A stretch of DNA of 64,000 nt, from positions 1 to 64,000 of IMG/VR virus record IMGVR_UViG_3300031521_000011. One strand, given 5' to 3'. The position numbers and the translations under genes were made by a program. Position 1 is the first letter of the stretch, and each line of letters starts with the position of its first letter. The notes beneath the pieces were generated by a model, which saw only the letters and a program-made list of their open reading frames with translations, was not told the DNA's origin and did not search any database. Shown here in pieces: positions 28,295 through 38,257 of the stretch. Origin of the DNA: a virus.

Positions 28295-28696
28295 TTACTC
28301 GTATAGTAAGTACTGAATGCCCCGGGGGTGATGCTTATCAAACCAGTGCCAAATATCCTCGCGCTCCGTTCCCTTCTTCCAAATGTAAAAATCCTGTGCG
28401 AGGATCATATCACCGGCAGTATCATCAAATGGAACGTCTTCCAGTTCGCGCCATAGTCGGTCAATTTCATCACCCTTCATTTCATCTGAAAAGTCGTCAA
28501 CACAGTAAGAGTGTTCCACAAGGAAGGCTTCATCATCCGGAGTATACTCCGGACCTTTACTGCTATAATACTCACCGACAGCCCAGCAGAACTCCTCATT
28601 GTAGTAAGGGTCGTTGACCTGAAGACACATGCGGCCTTCGACATACCCTCGAAGGCCCTTGTCCCATACAAAGCAACTATTCATTTTGTTCTCCAT
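28295..28696 (-). CDS. Acidic hypothetical protein
   Basis: ORF in operon; EDIWHWFD C-terminal motif. Confidence 0.6.
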   Translation of the reverse strand: MENKMNSCFVWDKGLRGYVEGRMCLQVNDPYYNEEFCWAVGEYYSSKGPEYTPDDEAFLVEHSYCVDDFSDEMKGDEIDRLWRELEDVPFDDTAGDMILAQDFYIWKKGTEREDIWHWFDKHHPRGIQYLLYE

Positions 28697-29153
28697 TACC
28701 TTGTAGTCCTTTAGAGCCGTCCTCCATTGAAGTTAAGGGCCCAAATAGCTGCTTATAGTCGTCGGGCATAACAAAGCATTTCCCACGGTTCAAAATGCTT
28801 TGTTTGAGTTTATTTTGTATATCCCAACCCTCTACAGCTTCTCTCTTGATAACACAGAAAGTACCTGTTGGGTAGAAATCTACACCTCGATCTCTTTGTA
28901 TGGGCGGCATCCCCTCTATCTTGGGCGTTGTGCTCATCTCTATAAACGAGATGCCCTGCGCAAATTGTTCCTTGCACAGGGCACAGGGTTCATAGTCCAT
29001 AACGCCCAACATGGGAGCTTCTTTATCTCCCTTTAGCTTCCCGAGCAGAGCAATTTCGTTCTTCCCTTTTCCACACCAGAAACATTGAAGGATCATAGGA
29101 TTGACGCCGTGCTCATCGCTTAATCTGATTCCTGACATTGTATTCCTCCTCAT
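28677..29153 (-). CDS. Zn-binding hypothetical protein
   Basis: GVNP..CFWCGK and EPCALC. Confidence 0.65.
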   Translation of the reverse strand: MRRNTMSGIRLSDEHGVNPMILQCFWCGKGKNEIALLGKLKGDKEAPMLGVMDYEPCALCKEQFAQGISFIEMSTTPKIEGMPPIQRDRGVDFYPTGTFCVIKREAVEGWDIQNKLKQSILNRGKCFVMPDDYKQLFGPLTSMEDGSKGLQGNGEQNE

Positions 29154-29382
29154 CTGTTGTTTTTAGCAAGTCTAGTCGCTTTCTGTTTGTAAGCAGATCA
29201 TAATTTGGGACACTACTGCTTACCTTGTCGATTACGGCAACATCTATTCTGTTTGTATTGGCTTTTTTTGTTGCCAGCGCTGCCGTCATTGCTGACTCAA
29301 GAGTTCCCGTGTGGTCTTGGAGCCACACCCCATCTACAGACCCATTTGCCTCTTTATCCACATTAATTAAAGAAAACTTCAT
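29113..29382 (-). CDS. Hypothetical protein
   Basis: GAGGA RBS; coupled ORF. Confidence 0.55.
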   Translation of the reverse strand: MKFSLINVDKEANGSVDGVWLQDHTGTLESAMTAALATKKANTNRIDVAVIDKVSSSVPNYDLLTNRKRLDLLKTTDEEEYNVRNQIKR

Positions 29383-29577
29383 GCCTGACTATCCTCTTTT
29401 ATAGATTTCGAGTATAATCTTCTCCAGATGTTTGAGGGCGGTTTTGTTCATTTCCGCCGCCGCCCTCTTGATTGAATCGAGTAATTGCTTTATCCAGAGC
29501 GATGAAATCAGCATCAGCATCGGGAAGAGGCGTTAACTTATCACGCTCATCATTATAGATTTTCCAGAAATCACTAT

Positions 29578-30585
29578 TCATTTGTCCTCCATCACCTTGT
29601 AATCAGATATCTTATGTTCGCCGGTATAAAGCTGCACCTCTAGTTCCTCTGGTTTGCAACCATATAGATCGGCCAGCGCTTTGCGTAGGGGAGCGCCCTC
29701 TTTCCAGCGTACCTCATCAATGAGGAAGTATCCGCCGCAGTCATCAATGTCAAACTCAGTTCCACAACCGAGCCAAAGATGACCAATTTCGTTGATAGCA
29801 TCATCACTGTAATGGTCCGGGCAATAAAGCACTGTGCAATAATCGCCTTGTGAGTATCCAGCGAAAGCCTTGGTCTTCCACTTCACTTTTGTTTTTCGTC
29901 TAAGATACATGGAAACAAACCAAATATCCTTAATTTCATAGACTTCTTTGTCTTTTTCTTCGTTAATAGCTTCCATTTCAGCTTGAAGCGCTTTGTATTC
30001 TTTGATATGGAAGCCGGAAAGTCTACCCCAGCCTTCGTCTTGGATAATGTATAAAGTGCAATTCTCGCCGCCGGACTCATTAAAGCCATCATCGTCAAAA
30101 TATGTAGAGAAGTCTCTCGCTTCTGGAGAGACTTCTCGGGCTATGATCTTATCAGGCGCTTTATCTTCTTGGGCGGTCATTGTATTCTTTAGGTCGGTTA
30201 ATATTTCGATGTAGTTATCCAGCCATCCGGCATCGAAGCATACATTCCTTTCCACGCTCCAGAATGTATGCCCATCATCTTCTTGCATTAAATGTACTAA
30301 TGGGGCGCTTCCCTTTCTTTCTTGTATCCATACGGCCATTACGCCGCCGCGCTGATACAGGATTTTGTGGTCGTCCCAGAGGCTTTTGATGTCTTCTTCG
30401 TCAAAACTCTGGTCGTAGCCGAAGACATCAATCCTGTCTTTGTCCCTGTAGATTGTATACCTAGGCATTGTCGTCCCCCTCCAGTAATTGGCATTTGGGA
30501 TAGATCTTTTTTCTGAAACTCTTGTCGCGCATGTCTTCGCCATCCATGAATCCAAAGGTGCAATTTGCTTCCGTGCCTCTTTCAT
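29578..30585 (-). CDS. Acidic hypothetical protein
   Basis: Long ORF; real start probably MPRYTI after GGAGGGG. Confidence 0.6.
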   Translation of the reverse strand: MKEARKQIAPLDSWMAKTCATRVSEKRSIPNANYWRGTTMPRYTIYRDKDRIDVFGYDQSFDEEDIKSLWDDHKILYQRGGVMAVWIQERKGSAPLVHLMQEDDGHTFWSVERNVCFDAGWLDNYIEILTDLKNTMTAQEDKAPDKIIAREVSPEARDFSTYFDDDGFNESGGENCTLYIIQDEGWGRLSGFHIKEYKALQAEMEAINEEKDKEVYEIKDIWFVSMYLRRKTKVKWKTKAFAGYSQGDYCTVLYCPDHYSDDAINEIGHLWLGCGTEFDIDDCGGYFLIDEVRWKEGAPLRKALADLYGCKPEELEVQLYTGEHKISDYKVMEDK

Positions 30586-30685
30586 TCATGCACTGATATT
30601 GATGTTCTGAATAACAGAAGCACTCACCGCAAGTCTGAGGACGCTTATCGATAATGATCGTGGCGTTTTTCACTTTGTACTGCAT
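30461..30685 (-). CDS. Small Cys-rich hypothetical protein
   Basis: DKRPQTCGEC; RBS AAGGAGG. Confidence 0.6.
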   Translation of the reverse strand: MQYKVKNATIIIDKRPQTCGECFCYSEHQYQCMNERGTEANCTFGFMDGEDMRDKSFRKKIYPKCQLLEGDDNA

Positions 30686-31188
30686 TTGTTATCCTCCTTG
30701 GGTTTGTAATTAGTACCTGAAGCCAGGCAGTTTTCACAGGCTTTTCCGATGTTCTGACACGAATAACACATTGGGGGCATACTCATGGTCATTTCCTCCT
30801 CAATCTTCCAGAACCCGAAGCATGATGCATCACCTTCCAGTGTTCCATAGTAATATCCTTTAGGCGCAATGCCAGAGAAGTACTCCATTATCTCCTCGTT
30901 AATGAGATGGCTGATATATTCCAACCGCTGCACTCGAGCCAGCGCCGTGGGGTACTTCTTCTCCCACCTCTCTCGGTCACTTTTGCGGAAAGAATCCTCG
31001 AGCTTCGCATCCGGTAGCGCCGATTTCCATTCGGCAAAGCATCTTGGACGCAGCTTATATTCGCGCACAATCGCGATATGTGCCTCTATAAGATCAGAGT
31101 CACGCAATGTAGCATGGCTTACTTCAAGGCTGCCGGCCTGCTTGATGGCATTAATCAAATCTTTCTTCATAGTATTACCCCTTTTCAA
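30670..31188 (-). CDS. Hypothetical protein with Cys-rich C-terminus
   Basis: APKGYYYG..EGDASCFGFW; coupled to neighbours. Confidence 0.6.
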   Translation of the reverse strand: MKRGNTMKKDLINAIKQAGSLEVSHATLRDSDLIEAHIAIVREYKLRPRCFAEWKSALPDAKLEDSFRKSDRERWEKKYPTALARVQRLEYISHLINEEIMEYFSGIAPKGYYYGTLEGDASCFGFWKIEEEMTMSMPPMCYSCQNIGKACENCLASGTNYKPKEDNKCSTK

Positions 31189-32224
31189 CTTCGTGTATTA
31201 CCGCCGGCAGCGCATCCTCCTCAGAGGCGTTAACCAGCGCCGGATGTAACCATTTTACAATAAGCTCCTGCGCCTCTTTCCTTGGGCCCGTCCAATAATG
31301 ATGCCAGTGAGCCCGGCGGACATGCGGGCGTGGGCGATTATGTCCACCCTCATGAGGCGTCCGGGTTGCTCCAGAGTTTTCCGGGTGAACCTTGCGAATT
31401 GCAGCCCCAACCCGGACGCCGACATCCCACTGAATAGGGAAATAGGATGACGTTTTGTTGGGTGACTTATGAGTGGAGTGGGGATTGTGATTTACGATAT
31501 CAGGTTTCTCGGAACACAGATAAAGAACGTGATGAAGCATTGGGGCAATCAAGTTTTTCGTATGCTCTATAACAGCTTCTTCACTATGGCTGTAGAAATT
31601 ATTATTGTACAGCCTCCTATTTAACTCGATGCCAAGCTTTAGGCTCTCCTCTATGGTGATATCGCTTAAGTGAATGCAAAGCGGAGCGCACACCATCTTG
31701 TCATTTCCACAAGTTGGAAGAAGAAACAGAACATCGTCCCCACTTTTATCGCTGCAATCAGGGAGTACAAAGAATTCGGTGCAGTTTTTGATTGGAGATT
31801 CTGGAATTTCTATAAACATGCACCAATCTGGCAACTTCAGTAAAGCTTTAACGGGAACGTTCCCGTCGAATTTGGTATTTAATAGCTCATCTGATATTGT
31901 TTTATCAAACTTGTAGATATTTTTGGTTTTGCTCCAGTTGTAAATAGCGCAGAGTGTTGGGACGAGGAAGTTCAAAGCCTCAATCCTGTCGGCGTACTCT
32001 GCTCGTTTGTCTGGATCAACAAGATCACGCACATTTTCCATCCCAATAATATCTCCGATAACCTTGGTGATGACGATGTATGGTGTATGACACCAACCTG
32101 GCCACTCCCCAGTATCCATCTCAGACCGAGCCTTCGTTATTAAGCCCCAAAGGCCAGGAAACTTGTTGGTGTAGTATTGGATCATACGCCCCGGGGCGGT
32201 GTCATTAATGCTCTGCTTCTTCAT
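31175..32224 (-). CDS. AcrVA2/FinQ-family protein (anti-CRISPR homologue)
   Basis: W..T..IY.FD, LPDWCMFI, LYLCSEKPDI, VGVRVG, RPHVRRAHWHHYW.G and KW..PALVN match the AcrVA2 motif order. Confidence 0.82.
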   Translation of the reverse strand: MKKQSINDTAPGRMIQYYTNKFPGLWGLITKARSEMDTGEWPGWCHTPYIVITKVIGDIIGMENVRDLVDPDKRAEYADRIEALNFLVPTLCAIYNWSKTKNIYKFDKTISDELLNTKFDGNVPVKALLKLPDWCMFIEIPESPIKNCTEFFVLPDCSDKSGDDVLFLLPTCGNDKMVCAPLCIHLSDITIEESLKLGIELNRRLYNNNFYSHSEEAVIEHTKNLIAPMLHHVLYLCSEKPDIVNHNPHSTHKSPNKTSSYFPIQWDVGVRVGAAIRKVHPENSGATRTPHEGGHNRPRPHVRRAHWHHYWTGPRKEAQELIVKWLHPALVNASEEDALPAVIHEVEKG

Positions 32225-32850
32225 CTGTCTTCTCCCCATGTTCCCTTATATTCCTCTTTTAGTTCGTTTCTCAATTCTTTAAAGGAGTCAAGTTCCATTT
32301 GGGCCCTGCGCTTCTCTGATAATGATAACTGCATGCCCATTGTGTATTCCGTCATCGAACCTGTGTCAAAAGCATTTCTAGGCCTATCAGTAACCGTGTA
32401 TCCGTCAGAGGTGAAGCCCTTGTATAAAGGCGTTTCCTTTACTGAAAAATCCTCAGCTCGTAGCCTGTCATTTCTTGCCTTATTGGTGAAATACGGAGTG
32501 TATGTTGACATTTTGTTCGTGCGCCATTTCCTCATAACATCATAGCGTTCGGACTTATTCATCACTACAAAATGATGAACCAAACACTCAATGACTTCAT
32601 TTTTACTGAGATCTGAAATGGCTTCATTATTAAGTTGGGTGGCCTTGATTGCATCATCGAAGGCAGCTCCAAGATCAGGTGCAAGGTGAAGCACACACTC
32701 AATGTCGTCAGGATGCAACTGACTCTTCATCATTCTGCTTCTTTCAATGGATCTCCTAAAAGCCATACGTCGAAGCAAATTATTGACAGGTATAATAATG
32801 AGCCATCCGAAACCCCACGTAACCAGGATGATTATTATTGTCGGATCCAT
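32221..32850 (-). CDS. Membrane-anchored hypothetical protein
   Basis: N-terminal TM segment; GGGAGGGG RBS; ATGA overlap with the AcrVA2-like gene. Confidence 0.6.
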   Translation of the reverse strand: MDPTIIIILVTWGFGWLIIIPVNNLLRRMAFRRSIERSRMMKSQLHPDDIECVLHLAPDLGAAFDDAIKATQLNNEAISDLSKNEVIECLVHHFVVMNKSERYDVMRKWRTNKMSTYTPYFTNKARNDRLRAEDFSVKETPLYKGFTSDGYTVTDRPRNAFDTGSMTEYTMGMQLSLSEKRRAQMELDSFKELRNELKEEYKGTWGEDR

Positions 32851-32918
32851 TTCATTCCCCTCCCCTTTTTTGTCATACAAAAAGTAGGGTATAGGCATTG
32901 TGCCTATACCCTTATCTC

Positions 32919-33410
32919 CTACATCATATTGAGCGCCGTCCATCTTTTCGATAAGTCCTCGTAAGAGATGTCATCTATGACATATGGCTTGAGCAGATCT
33001 ATCATGATATCCTTAACCTGCTCTGGCGTGTGCCAGTAATCGAATTTATTGCCTTTTTTCCTCACCAACCACATCAACCATTGATCGTGATCATCCTGAT
33101 CGATCACGAGCCTGCAGCCTTCAGGCAGGAGCTTATGGAAGGCCCTCAGCAGTTCATCATTACTGACAAAATGATCAGCCATCCACCACCCTATAAACTT
33201 ATAGGGCACATACTGATTATGCTTCACGAATGCATTGTTTAGTATAGGCTCAAGCTTCGCTGGGCTGAGAAGCCAATTCCCAGAAGGCTCATCATTGAGG
33301 TTAATTCCGAACCCCTTCCAATCCTGGTGTGGGTGCCGTGGTTCGATCTTAAAGACCTTGTTGAAGGTGTTCTTTACCCTCAATATGAAAAGCCTAATTG
33401 TTAGTTTCAT
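32919..33410 (-). CDS. Hypothetical protein
   Basis: RBS; weak C-terminal resemblance to the 7993/8500 paralogues. Confidence 0.55.
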   Translation of the reverse strand: MKLTIRLFILRVKNTFNKVFKIEPRHPHQDWKGFGINLNDEPSGNWLLSPAKLEPILNNAFVKHNQYVPYKFIGWWMADHFVSNDELLRAFHKLLPEGCRLVIDQDDHDQWLMWLVRKKGNKFDYWHTPEQVKDIMIDLLKPYVIDDISYEDLSKRWTALNMM

Positions 33411-33840
33411 GTTTATCCTTCCTTCCTTTTGAATATTGTTTATAGAGCTCCATTACCTTTATCATGGCCGGATGATCATCAGGTAGGTCAACGCTTTCCG
33501 CAACCTTGAAGAGAGCAATACTTGCCATGATGATCCTCACGCTCCAGAATATGACCATCAAGCTGGTGGGCTTGTAAATCATTCTGAACCATCCTCGAAC
33601 CATTGTGCACAAGTTGTTAAATATTACCCTCTGGATCTTTGGATCTTTAGAAGCCAATGACACTGCCATCATGCTCATAAGGAATTCCTGATTGAGCTTT
33701 ATTCTCCGAGCACCTTCTTTGCGCCCTTTTGATTCCAAATCAAGAGCGATCACTTTGATCGCATAGTCCAGGTCATCCAGGTGGCCTTGTTTCAAAAACC
33801 GAAGCTCTCTGTGGATTTCATAGTCTTCCAAGTCATTCAT
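33394..33840 (-). CDS. Hypothetical protein
   Basis: GGAGGGG RBS; motif at 33859-33873 just after a terminator hairpin. Confidence 0.65.
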   Translation of the reverse strand: MNDLEDYEIHRELRFLKQGHLDDLDYAIKVIALDLESKGRKEGARRIKLNQEFLMSMMAVSLASKDPKIQRVIFNNLCTMVRGWFRMIYKPTSLMVIFWSVRIIMASIALFKVAESVDLPDDHPAMIKVMELYKQYSKGRKDKHETNN

Positions 33841-33918
33841 GGTATCCCCTCCAGTGTGTTTTATTACTTATACGGCAAAAAAAAGAAATAGGGAGTCGAT
33901 AATATCGACTCCCTTCTG

Positions 33919-34428
33919 TCATAAATCGTCAGGGTGTTTGATGCCTAACATTTCACATGCTTTGCGCAGCGCCGGGCGGCCATACTGCGGATACAGTGAG
34001 TCGTCGTTGAGTACTTCCGCGACATCTGGCCTATCCAGGCATTTCATCCAAGCTGAGAGCTTGGAGATGCTTCTGCCGGCAGACAACCCTCGCTGGTCAA
34101 ATGCCTTCATCCAGGCAAATACCATATAATCCAAGAAATCTTGGACTGCCTCTTTGACATCTGTAACCTGTGTCCAGGTCTTCTTTCCAGCCAGAACTTC
34201 GGCAACGTAGTCGGCGTCAAGGTGTGGACTGGCGTCATCGAATGATACAAAATTAGCTGCGACCTCAAAACCAAACCCAAACACATCATGCGTGTCTTCC
34301 ATGCATGCCTTCGCGGCCTCAAGGTTGATTGAAAGTTTATTGTTGGCAATGAACTCATCATTTACCGGGATACGCGGCTCATCTCCGTCAGGGCACTTCC
34401 TCATGTATTCCACAGCATTATCCTCCAA
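33919..34428 (-). CDS. Hypothetical protein
   Basis: DYMVFAWMKA..QRGLSA.RS, YPQYGRP; looks like a conserved phage protein. Confidence 0.65.
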   Translation of the reverse strand: MEDNAVEYMRKCPDGDEPRIPVNDEFIANNKLSINLEAAKACMEDTHDVFGFGFEVAANFVSFDDASPHLDADYVAEVLAGKKTWTQVTDVKEAVQDFLDYMVFAWMKAFDQRGLSAGRSISKLSAWMKCLDRPDVAEVLNDDSLYPQYGRPALRKACEMLGIKHPDDL

Positions 34429-34638
34429 GATTTATTTTACCGAATTTCCTTCAGGAAGCCTTCCAGTTTATCCAGACTTTCTAGCACCTCTGGTAGCACC
34501 AGAAATATTCCGGCCGCCAGCATACCGATGCCCAGGCTACTGATTGCTAAAACCTCGCACCCCTTTCTGACAGGGGATACCCTCGTTATGGGTGCAATCT
34601 TCCGTTTGATCTTTAATGGCATTTCGCTTACCTCCTGC

Positions 34639-34731
34639 TTATTTTCCCAACTTAATGGCGCCGGTTAATAATGACTGAGCCAGAACCAGAATGGCCACAA
34701 GGGCGATGTCCTTATTCTTACTATTGCTCAC
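34639..34731 (-). CDS. 30-aa hydrophobic peptide (MSNSKNKDIALVAILVLAQSLLTGAIKLGK)
   Basis: GTG start with GGAGGTG RBS, preceded by a motif variant at 34755-34769. Confidence 0.5.
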   Translation of the reverse strand: MSNSKNKDIALVAILVLAQSLLTGAIKLGK

Positions 34732-35062
34732 AGTTACTCACCTCCTCATTATTTTTTTATTGTTTATACGGGCATATTGGCATTTTCCCACGATATAGAA
34801 AGTATCATCTTTCCTATATTGCCAAGAATTTTATTCTCAAGTGTATAACCCGCCTGTTCCAGGGTTCTTTGGACAGATTCCATAACCTCAGCAGGAGCAT
34901 CATTAAAGTCATGGCCCGTGGAAGTTTCACCATGCTCCGTTGCGTACCAAATCCTATTTCTGATTATCTCAAGATTTACTGAGATACTCTGCTCTTCTTT
35001 GGTGAGCGTGCGACCCTTATTTTTAAGGGATAACTCAAGTGCCGATTGCGCTGTTATCATGG

Positions 35063-35410
35063 CTATACCTGCGTGAGTGCGCGGCACCCGATGATATGCC
35101 CATCTGCATCCCGGACTACGTCATCCGGAACATACAAGTCTTCCGTGCGACCATTAAGCTTGGCGGCCTGGGCGCAGACGAGGCTCACAATGTAAGCTAC
35201 GCCCTCTTTGGGTTCGGGGAGGTCCTGCAATTCGCCGAAAACCGTGCTATTGACAGGCATTCCATTGACATACCCAACCAGTTCCCGGGTTACAGTAACC
35301 CGGGCCGTTGGAAGCACGGCCCGGATTGCGCAGATAAATTCGTTTCCGCGATCCAGGATATTGACCGGGTGAGGCGTGAGGTTGATAAGAGCGACGTCAC
35401 GATTGAACAT
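35063..35410 (-). CDS. Phage hypothetical protein, NLTPH family
   Basis: LINLTPHPVNI...LPEPKEGVAYIVS...RDADGHIIGCRAL; motif at 35431-35445. Confidence 0.75.
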   Translation of the reverse strand: MFNRDVALINLTPHPVNILDRGNEFICAIRAVLPTARVTVTRELVGYVNGMPVNSTVFGELQDLPEPKEGVAYIVSLVCAQAAKLNGRTEDLYVPDDVVRDADGHIIGCRALTQV

Positions 35411-35481
35411 TTGATTCTCCTCCAGTGCATTTTTATTACTTATACGGAGTATATAGTGAAAAAAAGAGGGGCATTTAGCCC

Positions 35482-35799
35482 CTAATAATCGTAGCGGGAT
35501 CTGCGAAGTGCCCGCGTAATCCCCATCAACTCAGAAACCGCCTCCGAGCCTTTGATGAGCTTCTTGATATCCTCATCACTCCGGCCGGATATCTTGAGCG
35601 TCTGCTCGTACTTTTCTTTCAGTACTTCCAGCTCTTGATTGAGCTTCACATTTTCCGCATTGGATACGGTAACTTCGCGTGACAATGCTTCAATGACATT
35701 CTGTTGAGACGCAGTCTTGTGATTGAACTCAGCGCGGAGCTTTTGCATGCGTTTTTCACATTCGGCGTTGATGTCTTTGTTCTTGATATCTTTTCCCAT
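35482..35799 (-). CDS. Coiled-coil hypothetical protein
   Basis: AAGGAGG RBS before MGKDIK; motif at 35817-35831. Confidence 0.65.
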   Translation of the reverse strand: MGKDIKNKDINAECEKRMQKLRAEFNHKTASQQNVIEALSREVTVSNAENVKLNQELEVLKEKYEQTLKISGRSDEDIKKLIKGSEAVSELMGITRALRRSRYDY

Positions 35800-35881
35800 A
35801 GCGCCCTCCTTGAATATTTTATTACTTATACTGAATATATGGCTAAAAAAGGGGCGGCTCTGTGCCGCCCATGCGTTAGAA

Positions 35882-36250
35882 TTATTCGTACCCACTACCT
35901 GGCAACAACGGAACCTCATAGGATTCACTCACGAGAAATGTGCCATTTGCGAGCCCTCCCCTTGCATGAAGCTTTCTTGCACATATTTCCATGAACTCAG
36001 TTGGTGAGATGAGCATGACATCAAGAATGGCATCGATCACTGTAACGAGATCGCACAGCTCTATTACCTTCTTGCTGTCATCCTTTTCTCTGTAATATTC
36101 CAGCAGCTCTTCCATGAGTTTCTTGTCAAGCTGCTCCCGATAAGAGGCGTCGTCGAGCGTTATAAAGACACCGTCTCTTTTTTCATCCTTTAACACTTGA
36201 GGTAAATGATCACGGACGAGTTTTCCGTAAACCCTTGTTTTAATTGGCAT
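35882..36250 (-). CDS. MazG-like all-alpha NTP pyrophosphohydrolase
   Basis: YGKLVRD, KKLMEELLEY, ELCDL, RGG. Confidence 0.8.
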   Translation of the reverse strand: MPIKTRVYGKLVRDHLPQVLKDEKRDGVFITLDDASYREQLDKKLMEELLEYYREKDDSKKVIELCDLVTVIDAILDVMLISPTEFMEICARKLHARGGLANGTFLVSESYEVPLLPGSGYE

Positions 36251-36265
36251 TTTTAAATCCTCCTT

Positions 36266-36757
36266 TTATTTTATAAAGAACGCCAGCGCCAGCAGCGTCA
36301 GTTCATGGAGCCTGTGGTCGATGCCGATGTGCATGAACCAGAAGTGCGGATCTTCCTCAATCTGCTCTTTGGTCATGCCTTTTAGCTTCAGTATCCACTT
36401 CACAGGGATTCTGGTATCAATGAATGCATGTGTAACGAATAGATAGAGAAATATGAGGTAATAGTATGGAATCTGAATGATCAGCGTGTTCATAAGGAAC
36501 ATTGTAATAATGCTTGTAGCGCCGGCGTATATTAGGGAATGACTGACAAGGGCTAGAATACTATTCGATATAGATGGCATCTCCGTTTCAACTTTAAGGG
36601 CGCGGATCGGAAAACCAGGTCCTACCGGCCATTGAGTAATCTTCTTTCGAGGCCCCCAGAAACTCTTGTTGGCCGCCTGCCATTGATCCTGAAACACCCA
36701 ATCGACAAACGTGCCAATTATGAACGTGATGATGAAGAATTTGACATTGAGCTCCAT
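36266..36757 (-). CDS. DUF3307-like membrane protein
   Basis: DWVFQ..WQA.NK, HSLIY, THAFID and DHRLH in hydrophobic helices. Confidence 0.7.
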   Translation of the reverse strand: MELNVKFFIITFIIGTFVDWVFQDQWQAANKSFWGPRKKITQWPVGPGFPIRALKVETEMPSISNSILALVSHSLIYAGATSIITMFLMNTLIIQIPYYYLIFLYLFVTHAFIDTRIPVKWILKLKGMTKEQIEEDPHFWFMHIGIDHRLHELTLLALAFFIK

Positions 36758-37263
36758 TTAATCATTACCTCCAATACTTCATGTGTGACATAGTTTGCCA
36801 TGAAAGAGTGATCACGATGGGTGAATACTTCATTTGCCATCGTAGATGAAATCACTGGAAACCGTGACCTGATATACACTGTTTCCATGCTCGACCAGAG
36901 TTTCCGGTTTGCTTCAGCGAGGATTTCCTCCTGCATGAAGTCGTTGACATTGCGAATCCCGCGAACGAGGTAGTCAATGCGATCATCGTGAACGAGGCTA
37001 AAGTTGTGAGCGGCGTCAACAGTGAATTGCTTCGATTCTATGAAGATAATCCTATCTTCATAGTCATGGTGCAGAAACATATTCTTTGCGGCAGCCATCA
37101 TCTCGTGCATATTATACTTGCGCTGCTTGGTAGGATTGATGGCGAAAAGGACATACACCCTGTCGAACAGGTCCAGCGCCTGTTCGACAATATCTGTGTG
37201 TCCGTGGGTCCAGGGATCAAATGTGCCGGCGTAGATGGCATTACATATCCTTCTTTGGCTCAT
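36718..37263 (-). CDS. coaD: Phosphopantetheine adenylyltransferase-like nucleotidyltransferase
   Basis: AIYAGTFDPWTHGH, VRGIR..DF..E, ISST; RBS before MSQRR. Confidence 0.78.
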   Translation of the reverse strand: MSQRRICNAIYAGTFDPWTHGHTDIVEQALDLFDRVYVLFAINPTKQRKYNMHEMMAAAKNMFLHHDYEDRIIFIESKQFTVDAAHNFSLVHDDRIDYLVRGIRNVNDFMQEEILAEANRKLWSSMETVYIRSRFPVISSTMANEVFTHRDHSFMANYVTHEVLEVMIKWSSMSNSSSSRS

Positions 37264-37876
37264 TGGCATCCTCCGCCGGCGCTGCCGGCAACTCCTCATA
37301 CCTCTTCCCACATATCGGGCAGAAGGTGTGTAAGATGTGAAATGTCCTAGGCTTCTTCGCTCCGGGCATCGTAACACTTACATCTGAGAAGATCTTACCT
37401 GACAACAGCTCCATATTATCGAAGCTTACCTTTTCACAGCCAGGGAATTTCTCCCTGGTCTTACTGAGCATTTCCTTGATGCAGTTGCACATTGCTTTTC
37501 TCTCCCATTCTTTCAGATAAGTCCATGTAGTGCATGCCATTGATTCTCAACGGCGACAACAGATCCATGATGGCCTTTTCAAGATCTTTCTTAAGGTAAC
37601 CGACGCTTTCGTTAGTGTATTTTGTCGGGTCATTTAGCGTCTCAAGTAGCAACTGCAGTGCAAATGCATCGCAACTTGGTCCGCCATCCTTTTGAGTGAA
37701 AACGATATTTGCAACCCCGGCCGCAATCTCTTTATTTGTCATTGGTGCCCTCCTTACGCCGAATCTTGAATACGCAGCATGGCAGTGGGCAGATGTACAA
37801 CACTTGCTTTCCTTTGTCGTAGAACCAACCAACCCAGAAGTCATACCATGCGAAGAAAAAGGATACTCTCATGGCC

Positions 37877-38257
37877 TTACTCCTTCTTATTCTCGTCCTC
37901 GTATGCGGCGAACATCCTACGGACCATCTCTCCGCCGATGCTACCCTGTGTTGGTGATTGGCTTAGTTCGTAGCGGTAGGCTCCCTGACGGACCCTATCC
38001 TTTTGCGCCTGGATCAGTGTCGGATTACTGGTACCATACTCGCGCTCGTTTGCGATTTTAATGAGGCCAATCAGGTCGATTCCCTCAAGGATTTCATCCA
38101 GATCGTCGTCGCCGGTCTCCGCCTCATCTGGGTCCTGAGAATATGAACCATCTGGATTTCTCGTAACAGAGATTGTAAGGTCTGGATCCTGACCATCCCT
38201 TAAAGTCAGGATTGCTTTGTCCTCATCGACGTCGACAGTAACGTTGATCTTACTCAT
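37877..38257 (-). CDS. Acidic protein ending in an alpha/beta-SASP-like helix
   Basis: C-terminal GSIGGEMVRRMFAAYE. Confidence 0.55.
   Translation of the reverse strand: MSKINVTVDVDEDKAILTLRDGQDPDLTISVTRNPDGSYSQDPDEAETGDDDLDEILEGIDLIGLIKIANEREYGTSNPTLIQAQKDRVRQGAYRYELSQSPTQGSIGGEMVRRMFAAYEDENKKE

Noticed and set aside
36718-37263. NMN adenylyltransferase completing a NARP2 pathway
   Set aside because: Motifs (GTFDP, RGIR, DF..E) fit CoaD better, and the gene is far from the NAMPT-like gene
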